Assembly: GCA_003693705.1 (NCBI GenBank) | Contig: RBZT01000607.1 | Coordinates: 15,778-79,777, forward strand | Direction: 5' to 3' | Length of the DNA: 64,000 bases | Origin: Polymyxa betae A26-41 | Taxonomy: Eukaryota > Protista > Endomyxa: Phytomyxea | Part shown: piece by piece, positions 1-13,298 of the stretch | Layout: every line of letters starts with the position of its first letter | Position numbering within the stretch: position 1 is the stretch's first letter | Made by a program: the position numbers and the translations under genes | Notes under the pieces: model-generated | Database searches by the model: none | What the model was told of the DNA's origin: nothing | What the model saw: only the letters and a program-made list of their open reading frames with translations

Positions 1-849
1 ATAATTGGTCGCTTTCTGAGCCAGCAAACAGCGGAAATCGGGTCACGAGCCGCGCTATATCATTGACAGTTTCCCGATCCCAGCTCGCTGAAACTCGATC
101 GATTTCCCTCCGAAACATCGCCCTCTTCGCACTGTTCTTGATCCCTTGAGTCATATCGACCTGTTCATTGCGAGCAACCTGTCCGGACGCAAAACAAAAC
201 GGAATCACAAAGCTCCATGAATCGACATACGGGCTGGATCTCACGATCGCCTCGAAATGATCGATTTCCAACTGATAAAGCTGCGGATCGTGGCGGAAGT
301 CGTAGAGATTCTCGGCGATGGTTTTGCTCACGGTCTCGAGCGTCTTTGTGAGCGCGAATTTCTGACAGAAAAGAGCGGCGCCGAACGCGTTCTTCGTGGA
401 GAATTTAACCGAGCTGAGAACATCGTCACACCGATCGTGGACGAACTCGCAAATGAGGAAATCCGCGATCTGAGCGATCGCGAAACATTCTTCGATCTGC
501 CCGGGATTGGGCTGGTATAACCCGTAAATCGATTTTAGAAACAGTTCAAAAACACGACTTTGCTGCGCTGCGATTTCCTGCGAAACGATTTCGGAATCGG
601 AATATCTGGAAGGTCGATCTGGATCCGTTTCAGGTCGTTCGCTGCGACCAGCTCCTCGGTTCGGTCGTCTTCGACAGGCCATTGCAGGAAGCCTTGCAGG
701 TAGCTGCAGATCGGAGCCAGCACGACCCGGTGGCAGTGGAATTCGGTGCCGCTGACGACCAGAGTCAGATCACTGAATCCGGGCTGATTGAAGATCGTCT
801 GTAGGACTTTGCCTGTATCGAATATAGCCACATCTGGTTGATTCGACAT
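1..849 (-). pseudogene. BTB/POZ(-BACK-like) protein with a 1-nt frameshift near 550; runs off the window edge
   Basis: SDLTLVVSGTEFHCHRVVLAPICSYL is a BTB start. Adding one T to the GTG-TTTTT-GAA run restores FFELFLKSIYGLYQP...IAQIADFLICE...LYQLEIDHF, collinear with the paralogues at 19693 and 53582. The indel could be a homopolymer sequencing error. Confidence 0.8.
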
Positions 850-1850
850 CGGCAGGGAAAAAAACTATGAAAAGTCGTTCGGAGAAAGCCGCAAATTCAT
901 GACAGTTTGTATCAGGTGTGGATTCATCCAATATACGAGCGACCCTTTTGACCAATTTGACCATTTCGGAGACCTCTATGTGGACAGATGATTTCTATCG
1001 CATCCAGCTAAGGCGCCGGAAACTTCAACGTGGACTATAGCATACTGTAGAGATTCAACCACAGACTCAGCGAATTGGCATCGATGAAACCGGACTAAGA
1101 TTCAGTGCGTGATCTGTATAATCCAATAATCCAAATAATCCAATCTGTTTCAAAGCTGAGCGAATGTTCAGAAGGCCACCAATCTCACACTACACACAAC
1201 AAAACAAAATTCACTGAAAACAAAAAAAATGTAAGAAAATCGTCTAATGATTGTTTCTTGCTCCTTACAGAGTTGCAGGCCATGTTGTCGTGTAGCTCCC
1301 TTCTGGTATTGTCATTCCAGTAACATTGTTATCTTTTGTCTGCCCTTCCTCGCTCTCCTGCGATAGAATGTCTCTCCAGCCGCAAAGAAGCAGAAAGTTT
1401 CGGCGTCTGTTACCACTCTGTTTCAAGCTAAGTTCGTGATGCAATATGGGGTGAGACTGGGCCTGGATGAGGCGAACAATGTCGCTTTTGTGTCCCATCT
1501 GCCGTGCAAAAACCGTCCGCAGACTTGTTGGATTTCGATGGCACCATTTCGGCTCTGTCGCAATACTGCACTTCTCTTATTGTCGCATTTAGGAGAACAA
1601 CACTGAATAAACCAAAGTAGCGATTATTTAAAACACTAAATGTGATTAAGTCCTACTGAGTCTGTCGCATTTTCTAGACAAGAAATACTGTTTACATATA
1701 AACAAAGTGAGCGAATGTATTCATCGTTAGCGCGGCTCGTGTGATGAGGATGAAGAATTTAAAAAGAGTAGGTTGGTGAGCCAGCATCGACGATGAGATG
1801 GTCGATGAAAGAACCCTCCAATCTGTATCAGATTTAGCACAAATGTAATG

Positions 1851-3037
1851 TTACATGAGCGGAACTGACTGAATGCTATCGAGAGCTTTGGCGAAATGTT
1901 CGTGAAAGTCGGGTTGCTCGGGCGCGGGCGTCGCCTCCAACAATACGATATTGATACCAGAGAAGAAAGGGCGATGCTTCTCGACCATGATGGAAAACGT
2001 GTCGAGAATGCGTTTTAATTCGAATTTGATCGCATCCGAGTTAGGGTTTGTTTTGGTAAAGTCGATGGTGGCGCTGCCGATAAACGATTTGAACTTGACG
2101 AACTGGGAGCTGGGAACGGTACACGACTTTCGGCTGCTTTCAGTCTAAAGAACAATTCTCAGCCAAGACTATCCAGTTTGATAACTAAAAGCAAAAGATG
2201 ATCATATCAAATAATGCAGAAAACAAAACACGAAACTTCAGTGACAAAAAACCCGGTGTGAAAATTAAACGAGAATGAAAGTATAGAAGGATGAGATAAA
2301 GAAAAAAAAAGGAAAAAAAAATAAGGAATTTGAACAGCAAAAGAGAATTCAGCATTCAATAAACGATGAGCGAATGTCGATGAAATAGAAGCTGGAAAAC
2401 CCCAAGGACCAGTACGGACCAGGTAGACATTCAAACTGGAGGGAATTGGCCACAGATCGAGAATGCTCCGGGGCGTGGCCCATTCCATTTTCTCCAGATC
2501 AGGGAGCTGATTGTCGCCTTCCGGATAGGCCCGGATATCGACGGCACCGAGCATGTCACCTGGGCCCGCCAATTCAGCTGGAGATGATGGACGTACTGGC
2601 TTTCGTTGTACCGAATTTCGCGAGATCTTCGTCTTTGAGTTTGACGGAAACGGGATCTTGATCGAGGAATGATTCCGCCAAATTATCGTTTTTAGAGACG
2701 GTTGTTGGTTTGATCTCCGAGGGGAGGCCGTTCTTGGCCATGGCGTTGGCCTTCAATGATGGATATTTCGGCGGCGAGATCACAAAGCTGGCAGCATGAC
2801 GATCAGAAGTCTGAAATCCTTCAGTAAGAGAGCGGCCAATAACTCCGATTACGGTCGTACTGGGAGGGAGGGTTTCAGTTGGGCGGCGGGAAAGGCGGCT
2901 CTGAGACTGGGAGTGAAACGGGCCGGACCCAGCGTCGCCGAAGTTGCCGGCGACGACAGCGTCAGGGACGAGGCGCCGTGGGCCAGCACGGCGCTCAGCG
3001 ATGCGAGAGCGAAAAGGATGGACATGATGGAGGTCAT
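1851..3037 (-). CDS. Secreted hypothetical protein, 4 exons (3037-2861, 2810-2597, 2559-2420, 2144-1851), 274 aa
   Basis: Signal-peptide-like start MTSIMSILFALASLSAVLAHG. Three GT-AG introns (50, 37, 275 nt) join the ORF pieces in phase to give 825 nt ending in TAA. No domain recognised. Confidence 0.7.
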
Positions 3038-3097
3038 GATAGAGAAATGAGAGCGCCGAGTCCGGACTTCGGGGGGGAAATCTACCCAGGTCACGTC

Positions 3098-4405
3098 GCG
3101 TCTAGCTAAATTCTCCTAATAGTCGAGCGCAGAAAATGCTTTCTGCGAGCAGAAAATTGCGCGCAACCCTAGCCTATAACCACTGTGAATCTGTTTTCAA
3201 ACTTCAGACTTCTTTGTATATCTCGGAGTTTCGTGTATTGCCCAGTGTGCAGCGAGATATATTAAGCGGATACTTCCCCATTCGGCATGATAAGGGTCGT
3301 GAAAAGATAGACACAGGCTTATTCATCTTTCCTGTCCATTTGCTACAACTTGGTATAGGATTCTCGTTCGCAGAAATCTCTCATTACATATTGTTTCGGT
3401 TTCGAAGCGGTTTCACATGATCGGCGACACACGGAGGTTTGGTAGGACTTCAGAAATTGGGAAACCGCTCTGCTGCAAAATGCCACATACCATGCTGAAC
3501 AATTAAATCTTTCCTGGCCTCAACTCATGAATGCCGAATAAATAATTCATCTTCAGGAATAATTCATCAAGAAAGTTTCCGAGCCAAACCCTGAAGCAAG
3601 GAATTTTTAGTCCGTGACAAAAATGAATATGTAGCGAGACGCACTCGGAGTTTTGGGTCGTTTCACCTGCAATAAACGTGCATCGGTGCTTTCACAGCAA
3701 TTGGAATAGTAATTCTTTATTCCGGACTTATTGATTTTCTTCTCACGCGATCACGGAAAAAGTTATTTACTAAGGCCGCTCATGCAGAGTAATTCTATTC
3801 CGCTTCAAACAGAGGAATAATAAAATATTCCGGAAGCTGTTCCCATGAAGTAAATAGTGAATATTTATTTTCGGCATCCCTGCAGTGAAACTCAGACACA
3901 TTGGAAAATATATGGGGCTCTCTTGGATTGGCGATTCTCAGTGATTCTTTTATTAAAGATAAAACAAAAGGCTGAATTTTGTAATCATATTCATACTTCA
4001 ATGTTGGTCTCTGACCTATAAAACGTGACCTTTAAAAAGGTCGAAAGAAGTCAAATCCGTTTCACAATCCTGGCAATTAAAAATGGCTTGTGGTTCTGTT
4101 CTTATTGTAGATGCACAACCAGATGCAGATCGGTGATACTTCGGCGAAATTTCGTTCTTATATGAGATGCCGTAAAAGTCACAAACTACGCGCAGGATAT
4201 CCGCCTGGTGAACGGTCTGCAGGTAACGCTTCAGGTCGTGGGATTTCATGCCACACTGTTGGGAAGTCGGGCGATCCATGATTGTGGCGATTGGTGAAGG
4301 GAAACCTCAAGGCAAGACAATGTAATTTGAAAAGGGCTGCGCGCAGTTTCCTGTACGCAGAATGCATTTTCTGCGCTCGACTATTAGGAGGATTTAGCTA
4401 GACGC
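3098..4405. mobile_element. Non-autonomous Mutator(MULE)-like DNA transposon
   Basis: Imperfect ~75-bp TIRs starting GCGTCTAGCTAAAT(T/C)CTCCTAATAGTCGAGCGCAGAAAATGC. Perfect 9-bp TSD GGTCACGTC at 3089-3097 and 4406-4414. Confidence 0.9.
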
Positions 4406-4436
4406 GGTCACGTCGCACTGCGGGGGATTAAAGGTC

Positions 4437-4466
4437 CCAGTCGCGGACTAAAAAGTCCGCGACTGG
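4437..4466. repeat. Perfect 13-bp inverted repeat with 4-nt loop
   Basis: CCAGTCGCGGACT-AAAA-AGTCCGCGACTGG. Confidence 0.85.
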
Positions 4467-5705
4467 ACGACGTCCCCGTGTCACTCGACTACAACAAAAA
4501 CAGTGGCTGATCCGCGCCTCTCTAATTCTGTCATACTGTCCCAATCCTGTCACAGGACTCTGACCCGACAAAGTCCGGCGCCCGACAATGACCCAGACCA
4601 CATCCAGGGCATCTGTTTAAGAAAATACTTTTTTAAGGAAATATTTTTTTCAAATTGAACAAAAAAACTGCCCTAAAAAGCCAATTGGGGATTTCTTCAC
4701 GGAGACTCAGCTTGCTCTCCTCTCAATGTTCCGACTATCTCCCCTCTTAGAGCTTCATAGCTTATCATCTTCTTGGTCAAGCTGAGGCGTTTTTCTAGAA
4801 TAATAACTCTGCACATCCTAAGCGCCGGCACTGGGGAACATTGAAACTTTTTGTATCTTTTTGCGAATTGTCTCTCAAGCATATTCTTCCAAAAATCAAT
4901 GATGTTTTTTACAGTAGATTCCCTGTTTTATCCAAAACTGTGGTTGAACTCCCATTGTAGAGATAGACTGCGAAGTCGAGGAATTTTCTGTCAAGTTGCT
5001 GAACGAGAAAAGCATTACTGATCAATGAGAGCGGCGACGACGACGATGGTGCCTTCGTTGGGGTCGACCAGACTGCTGTTCCTCCGGTTCGATGCTCAGC
5101 GATACCTTGGCGTGCTGTACCCTGGCGTTCACGTCGCTGCTTGCCGCCGCCTCCGTCGTTCCAGTGTCCTCTGTGTAACTCCAAGTTGCAGACCCATTCC
5201 CGACTCTGTTTCAACAGCTTCGGAACGTGGCCAATGACAGACCGTAAACAAGCTCTGGAACAGCGCAGCCGTATGGAATGGTACGGTCAGGTTTATGGAG
5301 CGATCGAGAGCGTTGCTTTTCCATTCATCACAACCTCGATACTGCGTTTCGGCATCTGATTAATATGTCAATCATTCATAATCGTATAATTTAAAAGATC
5401 TATTGTCAGGATGTTTGAATGTATCAATAAAGAATCACTTTTTTTCTTTCAAAAATTCTCGCTCATTTAGCTAAGAAGCTCCATAGATATGCTCTAAAGC
5501 GAAATTCATGATTTATTGGAGTTTAGCAGGTGTAATCCAGTTCTTTCGCGAATCAAGTCGAATTTCCCGGCTTCTCTAAAGCTTGATTACAGACTATTTT
5601 AGTGACATCAGGTAGTCGGATTAAAATGTTTTGATTCATTAAGAGCAGTGCGCATTGCAGAGCAATTTAAATGAGATTCAATCCGTATTGTTTTGAATCC
5701 ATTCA

Positions 5706-5748
5706 TTCGACAGGCGTGAGGCATTGAAAATGCCTCACGCCTGTCGAA
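5706..5748. repeat. Perfect 20-bp inverted repeat with 3-nt loop
   Basis: TTCGACAGGCGTGAGGCATT-GAA-AATGCCTCACGCCTGTCGAA. Confidence 0.95.
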
Positions 5749-6607
5749 CTGCTAAGACTATTTTCAGAAACGCTAATAAAGTTTTGATTGAATGAATACA
5801 AACCCTATCATTCAACAGCGATCGATATTCAAGAATCGAGTGGTATTAGTATAAGCCTATGCGACGAACTCCTGGGAATCCAAGAGCGCGGGCAAAAATC
5901 CGTATTGAAGATGATAACTAATAAGAAGCTTGCCCAGAGGGGCAGTGATCCGGAACAATTCATTCATTTTGAAAGACTGGCTTGTTTACAGGAAAGTGCA
6001 ACAAGCTGATTCATCGTTTTAGAAGAGAGAAGCATCAGGAACAGCGATGCTCGTGACCCAATCGGTAAGTTAAGGAGCAGCTCCGATAGCTCAAATAGGT
6101 TTGTGGTTGAGATGAAGCTCCCATTATTGCCGATACGTTCATATTGAAAACTGGAACATGCCTCTGAACCACTTGCAAGTTGTTCCTTGTGAGTCAAAAA
6201 TCAGCTCGGGAGAATGTCTCATAATCTGCCTTCAGATCACGCAAAGATCGGTTGATCTCCTGGAAAGGAATCAATTTCAGAAGCTGTCTAGGTTTTTGTT
6301 TCGAATAAGGAAACAAGGTACAGTCATATGCGGATCAGAACCGTCAGAGCATTGGCCTGCCTCATAATACCAAGCTGACCAAAACCGCAGAATAGATGGT
6401 TGAGGGCTTGAGTCGATGGCATCCGCCGCCATCTGTGACTCGTCCACCGCCGCCATCACCTCAATCTACTCACGAGAATATGGAAGAGACAGGACCGCGC
6501 GGCCACCATTCCCTCGAAGACAGGACAGAAGCTCTCATAGAGGCAAGAGAGTGGCGGCGCGGCCACTGCAGGTTTATGTCAGGCTGTGGCCTTCCTTCAC
6601 TGTGAGC

Positions 6608-6680
6608 ACTGTGCAGCCTTCCCATACTGTGTGCAGCCTTCCCATACTGTGAGCAGCCTCCCCATACTGTGAGCCGCCTT
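6608..6680. repeat. 20-bp minisatellite, ~3.5 copies
   Basis: Unit CCCATACTGTG(A/T)GCAGCCT(T/C), ending ~45 bp upstream of the ATG at 6726. Confidence 0.9.
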
Positions 6681-6725
6681 TCTCAAACCACCTCTGACCC
6701 GGGTCCCTTCGTCATAAATTAATCA

Positions 6726-7488
6726 ATGCTGGTCTTCCTGCTTCTCGCTCTTCCCGTGGTCTGCGCCGCCGACATCCCTGACGGCTACACGCTGGTCGGC
6801 ACAGACGTGGAGATCAACACGTTCGAGTATTTGGGCCAGCATCTGCCGCCCGTCCAGACGCTGGCAGATTGCGCTTCGCGCTGCAACGAAGACTCGCTTT
6901 GTGTGGCGCTCAGTTACGCTCCGACCGGACACTGCACACGTTGGTACATTCGGAGGTGTCAGACGGCCTCGGTGGTACCAGCCCCCGGCAACGTGGTGCT
7001 GGATAGAAACGCGCCTGTTACAATCTCACCCGAATACACCATCGTCTCCAATGCCTCTTGTGGTAATGTTCCATTTTTCGCTCTCCTGAAGCTGATATCT
7101 GACCTCTTTAACAGTTCGATACGTGCACGGAAACTCGATCGATTCTTATGACGGTCAGGTTCGGGCCACATTCAATCTCACCTATTATTATGAGATGATC
7201 GACTTCCAGAAGGGCTGTAAGGCGCGCTGCAAGCAGTAGGTTCAAACCGGACGGAAGCCCTAAAACCCTAACTCGAGTTCCAGGGACAAATTCTGTCAGT
7301 CGTGGACCATTGACCATCAGTTTGATGAGTCTCATACGAACGAGCTGCTACGCTGTACGCTCTGGTCCGACTCGATCTATAGCGGAGTGCGCTCCAAGCT
7401 GGCAATTGAGCCATGTGAAAATCACCGCCTGACTTACGGATTGGTTTATCAGGAAACGTCCAAGCTGAACTGCGGCATCTTGGAATAG
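6726..7488 (+). CDS. Secreted protein with two PAN/Apple domains, 3 exons (6726-7062, 7115-7235, 7284-7488), 220 aa
   Basis: Signal peptide MLVFLLLALPVVCA. PAN cysteine pattern occurs twice (LADCASRCNEDSLCVALSY..HCTRW; KGCKARCKQDKFCQSWTI..RCTLW). Introns of 52 and 48 nt are in phase. Confidence 0.85.
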
Positions 7489-8030
7489 CGATTACGTTTG
7501 TAAACATAAAAACAGTTAAAATCGCTGTAATACTGGAAACTCGAACTTGTGATGTTCTAAAGCTTCTCTGTGACTCTTCGGCAGGAACCCTAAGCCCTAG
7601 CTTGAATCCCTAGATGAGAACGAGGTTGATCACGAAATTCATTGAATTTTATGAAACTTTTCATGATGTAGAAACATGTAGCCATGGGCGAGTCGACACA
7701 GTGACAGGGAGGAGTATGGCACAACTCCGTGGCGGGGAGGTACACTTTTTATGGGAGGAGCCCCAAGACGAGCACCCTTTGGCTCGTCCGCAATCCGTGA
7801 GGGCCATGAGAACACGCCTAGGTGCGAAGTGGAGATCTCCATTCGGCAAGAGACGCCTTCGTTTTCCCGTGGCCAAAAAAATATATGAGATACATCACCA
7901 GAGGGAACTAAATATGTAACACCAACATGACTGAATATGAACCTATTCATATTACAGAAGTAGCTGGATTCTGTATCCCATTCCCCTACTTTAAGTAACA
8001 TAACAATTTCTTCCGAAATCATGACCGTGG

Positions 8031-8990
8031 ATTGCAGCTGCTGAAATCGTACTGGCCCGGATGCTAGCCAGCAGCTGTGTGCAGCGTTTGCTGTGGTCAT
8101 CAACCACAGCGGATGAGCAACCCGCAACTTCTGTTAAGGTGCGAAATAGTTCTACGGACTGTGGTGCGGCCTTCCGACAATTCCGCTGCTCTCCATCCCC
8201 CATCTGGTCATTTCTATTTCCTCATCTCAATCGTCATGAATCGCTCCTTCATCGTGTTCCAGGTCCTGCCGTACTAGTCCAGCTGCTGCTTCAATTCGTC
8301 ATGGTCCGTCCTCGTCCTCTGTCAGTTCCGTTCATTTGATGCATTTCCGAACCCTGATCTGATCTATACAGTGGTGGTGCGGACTCCGACCAGTCGCTGC
8401 TCTCTATGGCACCGATTGCATCCGGCCCTACTTCTTTAATCATCGTTCCTTCGGCGTTGCTCGCTGGTTTGGATGTCGGTTCGATCATTGCTATCGCTAT
8501 TAGCTGTGTGGTGTTTACTGTCACGATGTTCGCTTGCTTCGTGCGTTGTAAGAACGAGTAAGACTTTCAGTGACTGTGATCTCCTCATATAACAATTGGA
8601 TTTAGGTTCTCGTAAGACGTTCAACGACTGTGATTTCCTCATCTAACGATTGTATGCTGGAAAGATCGTGATGTCCAGTGTAGCTGCGAATGCAGTAGCT
8701 AAGCTTCATAATCTCATGTATGACGTTGAAAAACTGTGATCTTATCGATCAACTGTGTTTCTAGGGACAATATCAACCAACCATCCAAAAGTAGCTCGAA
8801 ATAAATTGATTTGTTGACAATAGAGATCATCATGACTGTCCATGACTACATACTATCCGCATTACTTTCATTGTCATTAACCGGAATCACGAACATTCTC
8901 AATCAGCTGCAGGGATAGTACGACCACAATTGAGGAGATAGTACGACATCAACCCCTAGACCAGAGAATGTTTTCATATCTATATATATA
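8031..8990 (+). repeat. Unclassified dispersed repeat, copy A
   Basis: Inverted homology to 11806-12885 and 15407-15790. Contains internal sub-repeats (GACTGTGATCTCCTCAT.TAAC and TAGTACGAC). Confidence 0.85.
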
Positions 8991-9016
8991 CAGTCCTCCC
9001 TCTCTATAACGACACT
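8991..9016 (+). mobile_element. Solo pogo/Tc1-mariner-like terminus inserted at TA
   Basis: TA|CAGTCCTCCCTCTCTATAACGACACT resembles pogo-type TIRs and truncates repeat copy A at a (TA)n tract. No partner TIR found. Confidence 0.4.
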
Positions 9017-9425
9017 GGCGGAGTTTTCACGACATTGCTGTTATCAAAGTATATAGCAGTTCCTATAACGGATTATGGATTATTTTTATGTATTTCGCAG
9101 ATTTCACAAATTCGTTTGTTAAAATTCTAGGCTAAACTGAGTATATGATGAATTGGCAATATGTCATGCCGATCCCATAGTAAAAGTCGTGGAGTCAGCA
9201 AACCGTTTTGATGTTCTGGCCTCTGGGCGTGTATCTGCATCTGGGCGATTCTGTGATTAGTTTAGTCGGTCCCAGCAATGTCTTGATGGCGCATTGATGA
9301 ACGTAGTAGAGTTCATTGCGAGTTTCCAAGAGCTTCTCTTATAGGGTGACTTGATCGTTTTATTCAAACCCTAACCCTAGCATAATTCTGCTGCGATCAT
9401 GAAGGATATGCTGGGTTAGTCTGTT

Positions 9426-9658
9426 GGATTAGATTGGATTGGATTGCACTAGCTATCGTGTCTTTCGGCAAGGTGGGCGGCACTTTAACCCTAGTGCGAG
9501 GCACAGACCGAAGTCGGTGGCTCTCCTACTAATCATATTTCGAAGGCCTAGATCCTTGAGGGAATTTTGGCGAATTTCAACCCAACGGAGGGCTTAGAGA
9601 CCTATCATAGAAGGGTAACCACCTGTTGGACCAACCATACTGGGAATTGAACCCTGTA
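9426..9658 (-). mobile_element. 5'-truncated LINE 3' UTR with (AATCC)n tail
   Basis: Homologous to 13299-13531 over ~230 nt, with the same tail. Confidence 0.85.
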
Positions 9659-10659
9659 TGGTGCCCACTATCTTAAACCGCCAACTTTTGATAGAGAGGA
9701 AAGCGCAGCCCGATAAAATCCTCAATGAGATTCACAATGGGGTAAATACAGCACATTTCGTCAGATCTCATCAATCCGAGCTCAAAAATACTTCGATTTC
9801 ATTGTGAAAATAAATACTCATGAAGTTATCGCTGTTTTTCGAGATAAGGGAACGGAAATTTTTTGGACTAACCCTATAGCGCAGTGAGCGCACAAATACT
9901 TTAACGGGCTTTTTAATTTGCGCAGTCAGAAAAGTAAAACTCCGTCTGCTTCGTTGCTTATTTTACAACCTTTTGGCCTCCGAAAAAAGCAAACAAATCT
10001 TGGGGCATTTTGAGCCAAATTCCGAAAAACTGCGTGCGGACTTTTGGATTCTGAATTGGACTTTCCATCAAAGTTGGCGGTGTAATACAGTGGGCATACT
10101 CAAAAACGGTTCTGATGAAGTAGTCGAGACTACGAAAACGGTATGAACGCAGATGGAATGAAAACAGAGTGACTGTATTATATCGTGTACTTCCGGGCCA
10201 GTACGCCCGGGCGACAGTAAAGATGAGCAGGAAATTAGCGCGAGTGCGCCGTGGCGGAAGAGGACTGGACAGCATTAAAGGTCGCCGGGAGGGTGAGACG
10301 CGGCCTCCGACTCATCTCGCCCTCGACAGGTTCGATCTCATGCTGGTCTCCCAGGGTTGTTTCTACAGTGGCTGGCTGTGATGGTTTTATTCAGGTGAAA
10401 TTGTCAGTTCTTTCCGGCTTTCTTATAGAAATGGAGTCGGTATGGAGCTAACAAAAGGGTAGTCGTCTAATGGGGTGCCACCCGTAGCTGCGGCTTTCGC
10501 CAACCCGCCGATTCGTTTCGCTTTCTGGAATGGGAGCTTGAGTGTATCTTGGCACGAAGTGTGCTTCAACTTCGTTGTTCGGGGCCAGTATGGTCAGTTG
10601 CTCAGCACAGTCACAAAGTCGGAAATCATCACCTAATTGGTTGACTTTTATCACAGAAA

Positions 10660-10915
10660 GCTTTATCTTGTAAGAGAGAGAATCTCGATATAGCGTCTAG
10701 TAAAGGGATCGGTGCTGATTTCATACATCCAGAATATGTTCTCATATATTCTTGATATGAGAGTTCGGAAGGTCGAATGGCTTGTTTGGTGACGTATTTA
10801 CCTCCGATCCATGGTATTAGAAATGGCCTCCAATAAAATCATGACCTTCTTGGGGGAGATAGTTTCCGGTATTCTGTAGTTCCGCAGACGTTTCACTATA
10901 GATTGCACTTGTCGA
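10660..10915 (-). mobile_element. Degenerate LINE ORF2 fragment (region between RT and RNase H)
   Basis: Translates to LSYQEYMRTYSGCMKSAPIPLLDAISRFSLLQDK, resembling the RxxxGxxxSTPxxxL motif of I/ingi-type LINEs. Confidence 0.45.
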
Positions 10916-11805
10916 TTTCTTTTGCAGTTATTTTTTGTCGATTGATATTGAAAAGTCATATTATTTTTCTCCTTGTTTGCTGTGAATTCAGCACATAAAC
11001 AATGTATCGAATCAGTCGTTTTATTGTCATATTTTTGAGATCGCGGGGATCATTTTGACTGAAAACGGCGAGTCACAGGCGGGAGTCCATTCCACATAAT
11101 TCACGGCGTAAAGCGTTCGAAACCGATCTGGATAAACAAACTGCAAAGAGGTTTCTCATATTTTGGGAATGAGGGCGGAGCCTGATTCCGATTCAGTCAG
11201 ACAGAATCAAAGTCCGTGTGTGCTTTGGGACTCCGAGGTTTTACACACATAACAGTCTTCGGACTTGAGTCGAACTCAGCTGGATGTTTTATTCAAAATC
11301 CAATGTTCCGATGTGAACTTTAATAAAGTCAAGCTTATTAGGCGTGGTTCGAAATGGACCCGACCAGCATATCAATTGATGATCGCACCATATTATACGC
11401 TAGGGTTAGGGTTTGATAACACTACTAATCCATTAAATCCCTCCTTTTGAAAACTGGCAATGAGCACTACCACGTTCATCTGTTGGTTTCCACGAACGAC
11501 AAACAGATAGAATCAAAACGTGATTTCTATATTAGGTCTCGTTAGCTCCAGATGTGTGGCTCAGGCTGGCTTCGTCGCCCTTAATTTGGCAGCCGCCAAA
11601 TCGTCTGAATTAGGGCTGCGCCGGGTCGCGGTCGACACCCGCCTTTATCATCAATGCGCCTTTCAAGACAGTACTGAGACTGACAAAACTAATCACGGAA
11701 TCGCCCAGATGCAGACACACCGCCCAGACCGTCAAAATGGTTTGCTGAAATCACGACCCTTATAATGAAATCAACAGGTCTCAATGCTACTTCATCATTT
11801 ATTCA

Positions 11806-12885
11806 TGTTTAGCCTCGATTTAGCTACTATATAAATATCTCAATATATATATGAGAGCATTCTGTGGTCTAGGGGGTTGCTGCCGTACTATTTCCTCAGC
11901 TGTGGTCGTACTGTTTCTAGAGAGGAAGGGATTTTGGAATGAGTAACTCCGGCTAATGCCAATGAACGTACTGCGAATAGTACGTAGCCATGGACAGTCA
12001 TAATGATCTCTATTTTCAACAAATCAATATATTTTGAGCGATTCTTGTATGGCTGGTTGATATTATGCCTACAAAGACAGTTGATCGATGAGAAGATCAC
12101 AGTTGTTGAGTGTAGAAATCGGCAGCTTGGTAACGTAAACTGCGTAGGGTTGTACAAGTAATTCTACTGCCATGAGTACATGTTGTGGTTGGGGACACAA
12201 TACATGACTATTTAGTAACATAAATGCAACGTTATCTTAAACCATAGCCACGCATCCAGTGGCACGCGACTGTCGGAGTTTGCCAGGTTCTAACATTGAG
12301 CACAGCTAAACCCAATTGTTAGATGAGGAGATCACAGGTACTGAACGTCTTACGCTTTCTTCAAGCCCCTGATCAAAAAGTAAAAGATGATCGAAAACGC
12401 CACACCAAGAACTACATAACCCACGATATCAATACGATGAAAACCAGCGAATAACGCCGAAGGAACGATGATTAAAGAAGTAGGGCCGGATGCAATCGGT
12501 GCCATAGAGAGCAGCGACTGGTCGGAGTCCGCACTACCACTGTATAATAGATCAGATCAGGGTTCGGAAATGCATCAAATGAACGGAACTGACAGAGGAC
12601 GAGGACGGACCATGACGGATTGAAGCAGCAGCTGGACCTGTACGGCCAGGATCTGGAACAGGATGACGGAGCGATTCATGACGATTGAGACGAGAGGAAT
12701 GGGAAATGAACAGATGGAGGCGGAGAGAGCAGAATTGTCGGAATGACGCAGCCCGGTCCATAGAACTAGTTCGCGCCATTACAGTAGCTGCGGGTTGCTC
12801 ATTCGCTCTGGTTGCTGACCGCAGCAAACGCTGCACACAGCTGCTGGCTAGCATCCGGGCCGGTACGGCTCCGCAACTGCAGCCC
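11806..12885 (-). repeat. Unclassified dispersed repeat, copy B
   Basis: Reverse-complement match to copy A, with a near-identical core at ~12455-12620. Confidence 0.85.
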
Positions 12886-13298
12886 TTCACTGAGATTGGC
12901 CTCCTGGGCCCGTGACGTGTTCTGGTCACGCGGGCTACGGAGACTGCTTGACATTGATCTCTCTACCGAATATCTTGGGCAAATAACCACGACCAAATAA
13001 CCTCTATCGATGTACATAAGAAGTGCGATTTGTCAATACTTATCTTCTCCCGAAACTATTACGTGAAGATTCTCGTGATTGTGGAATGGCAGCCTGCATT
13101 TTTATTGGATTGCATTCACAATAAAACTTATGGGGAAGTTAGGATGATTTTTATCATCCCTATGTGCAGCCAAATTTTGATGATGGTTTCGGTGTTTATT
13201 GGATTCCACGCTTCCACAGCCCAATGGGCGACAATCTGTGATTCTCGGAACCAACACGAGAAACTATGAAGTCAACTTGCCCGACAGTAGTGCTAAAA

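Noticed and set aside
257-520. Homologous ORF pair 257-520(+) and 19855-20280(-)
   Set aside because: Both are antisense to the C-terminal halves of the BTB paralogues
2041-2049. TTAGGGTTT telomere-like motif
   Set aside because: A single unit inside a coding exon (TNPN), compatible with chance
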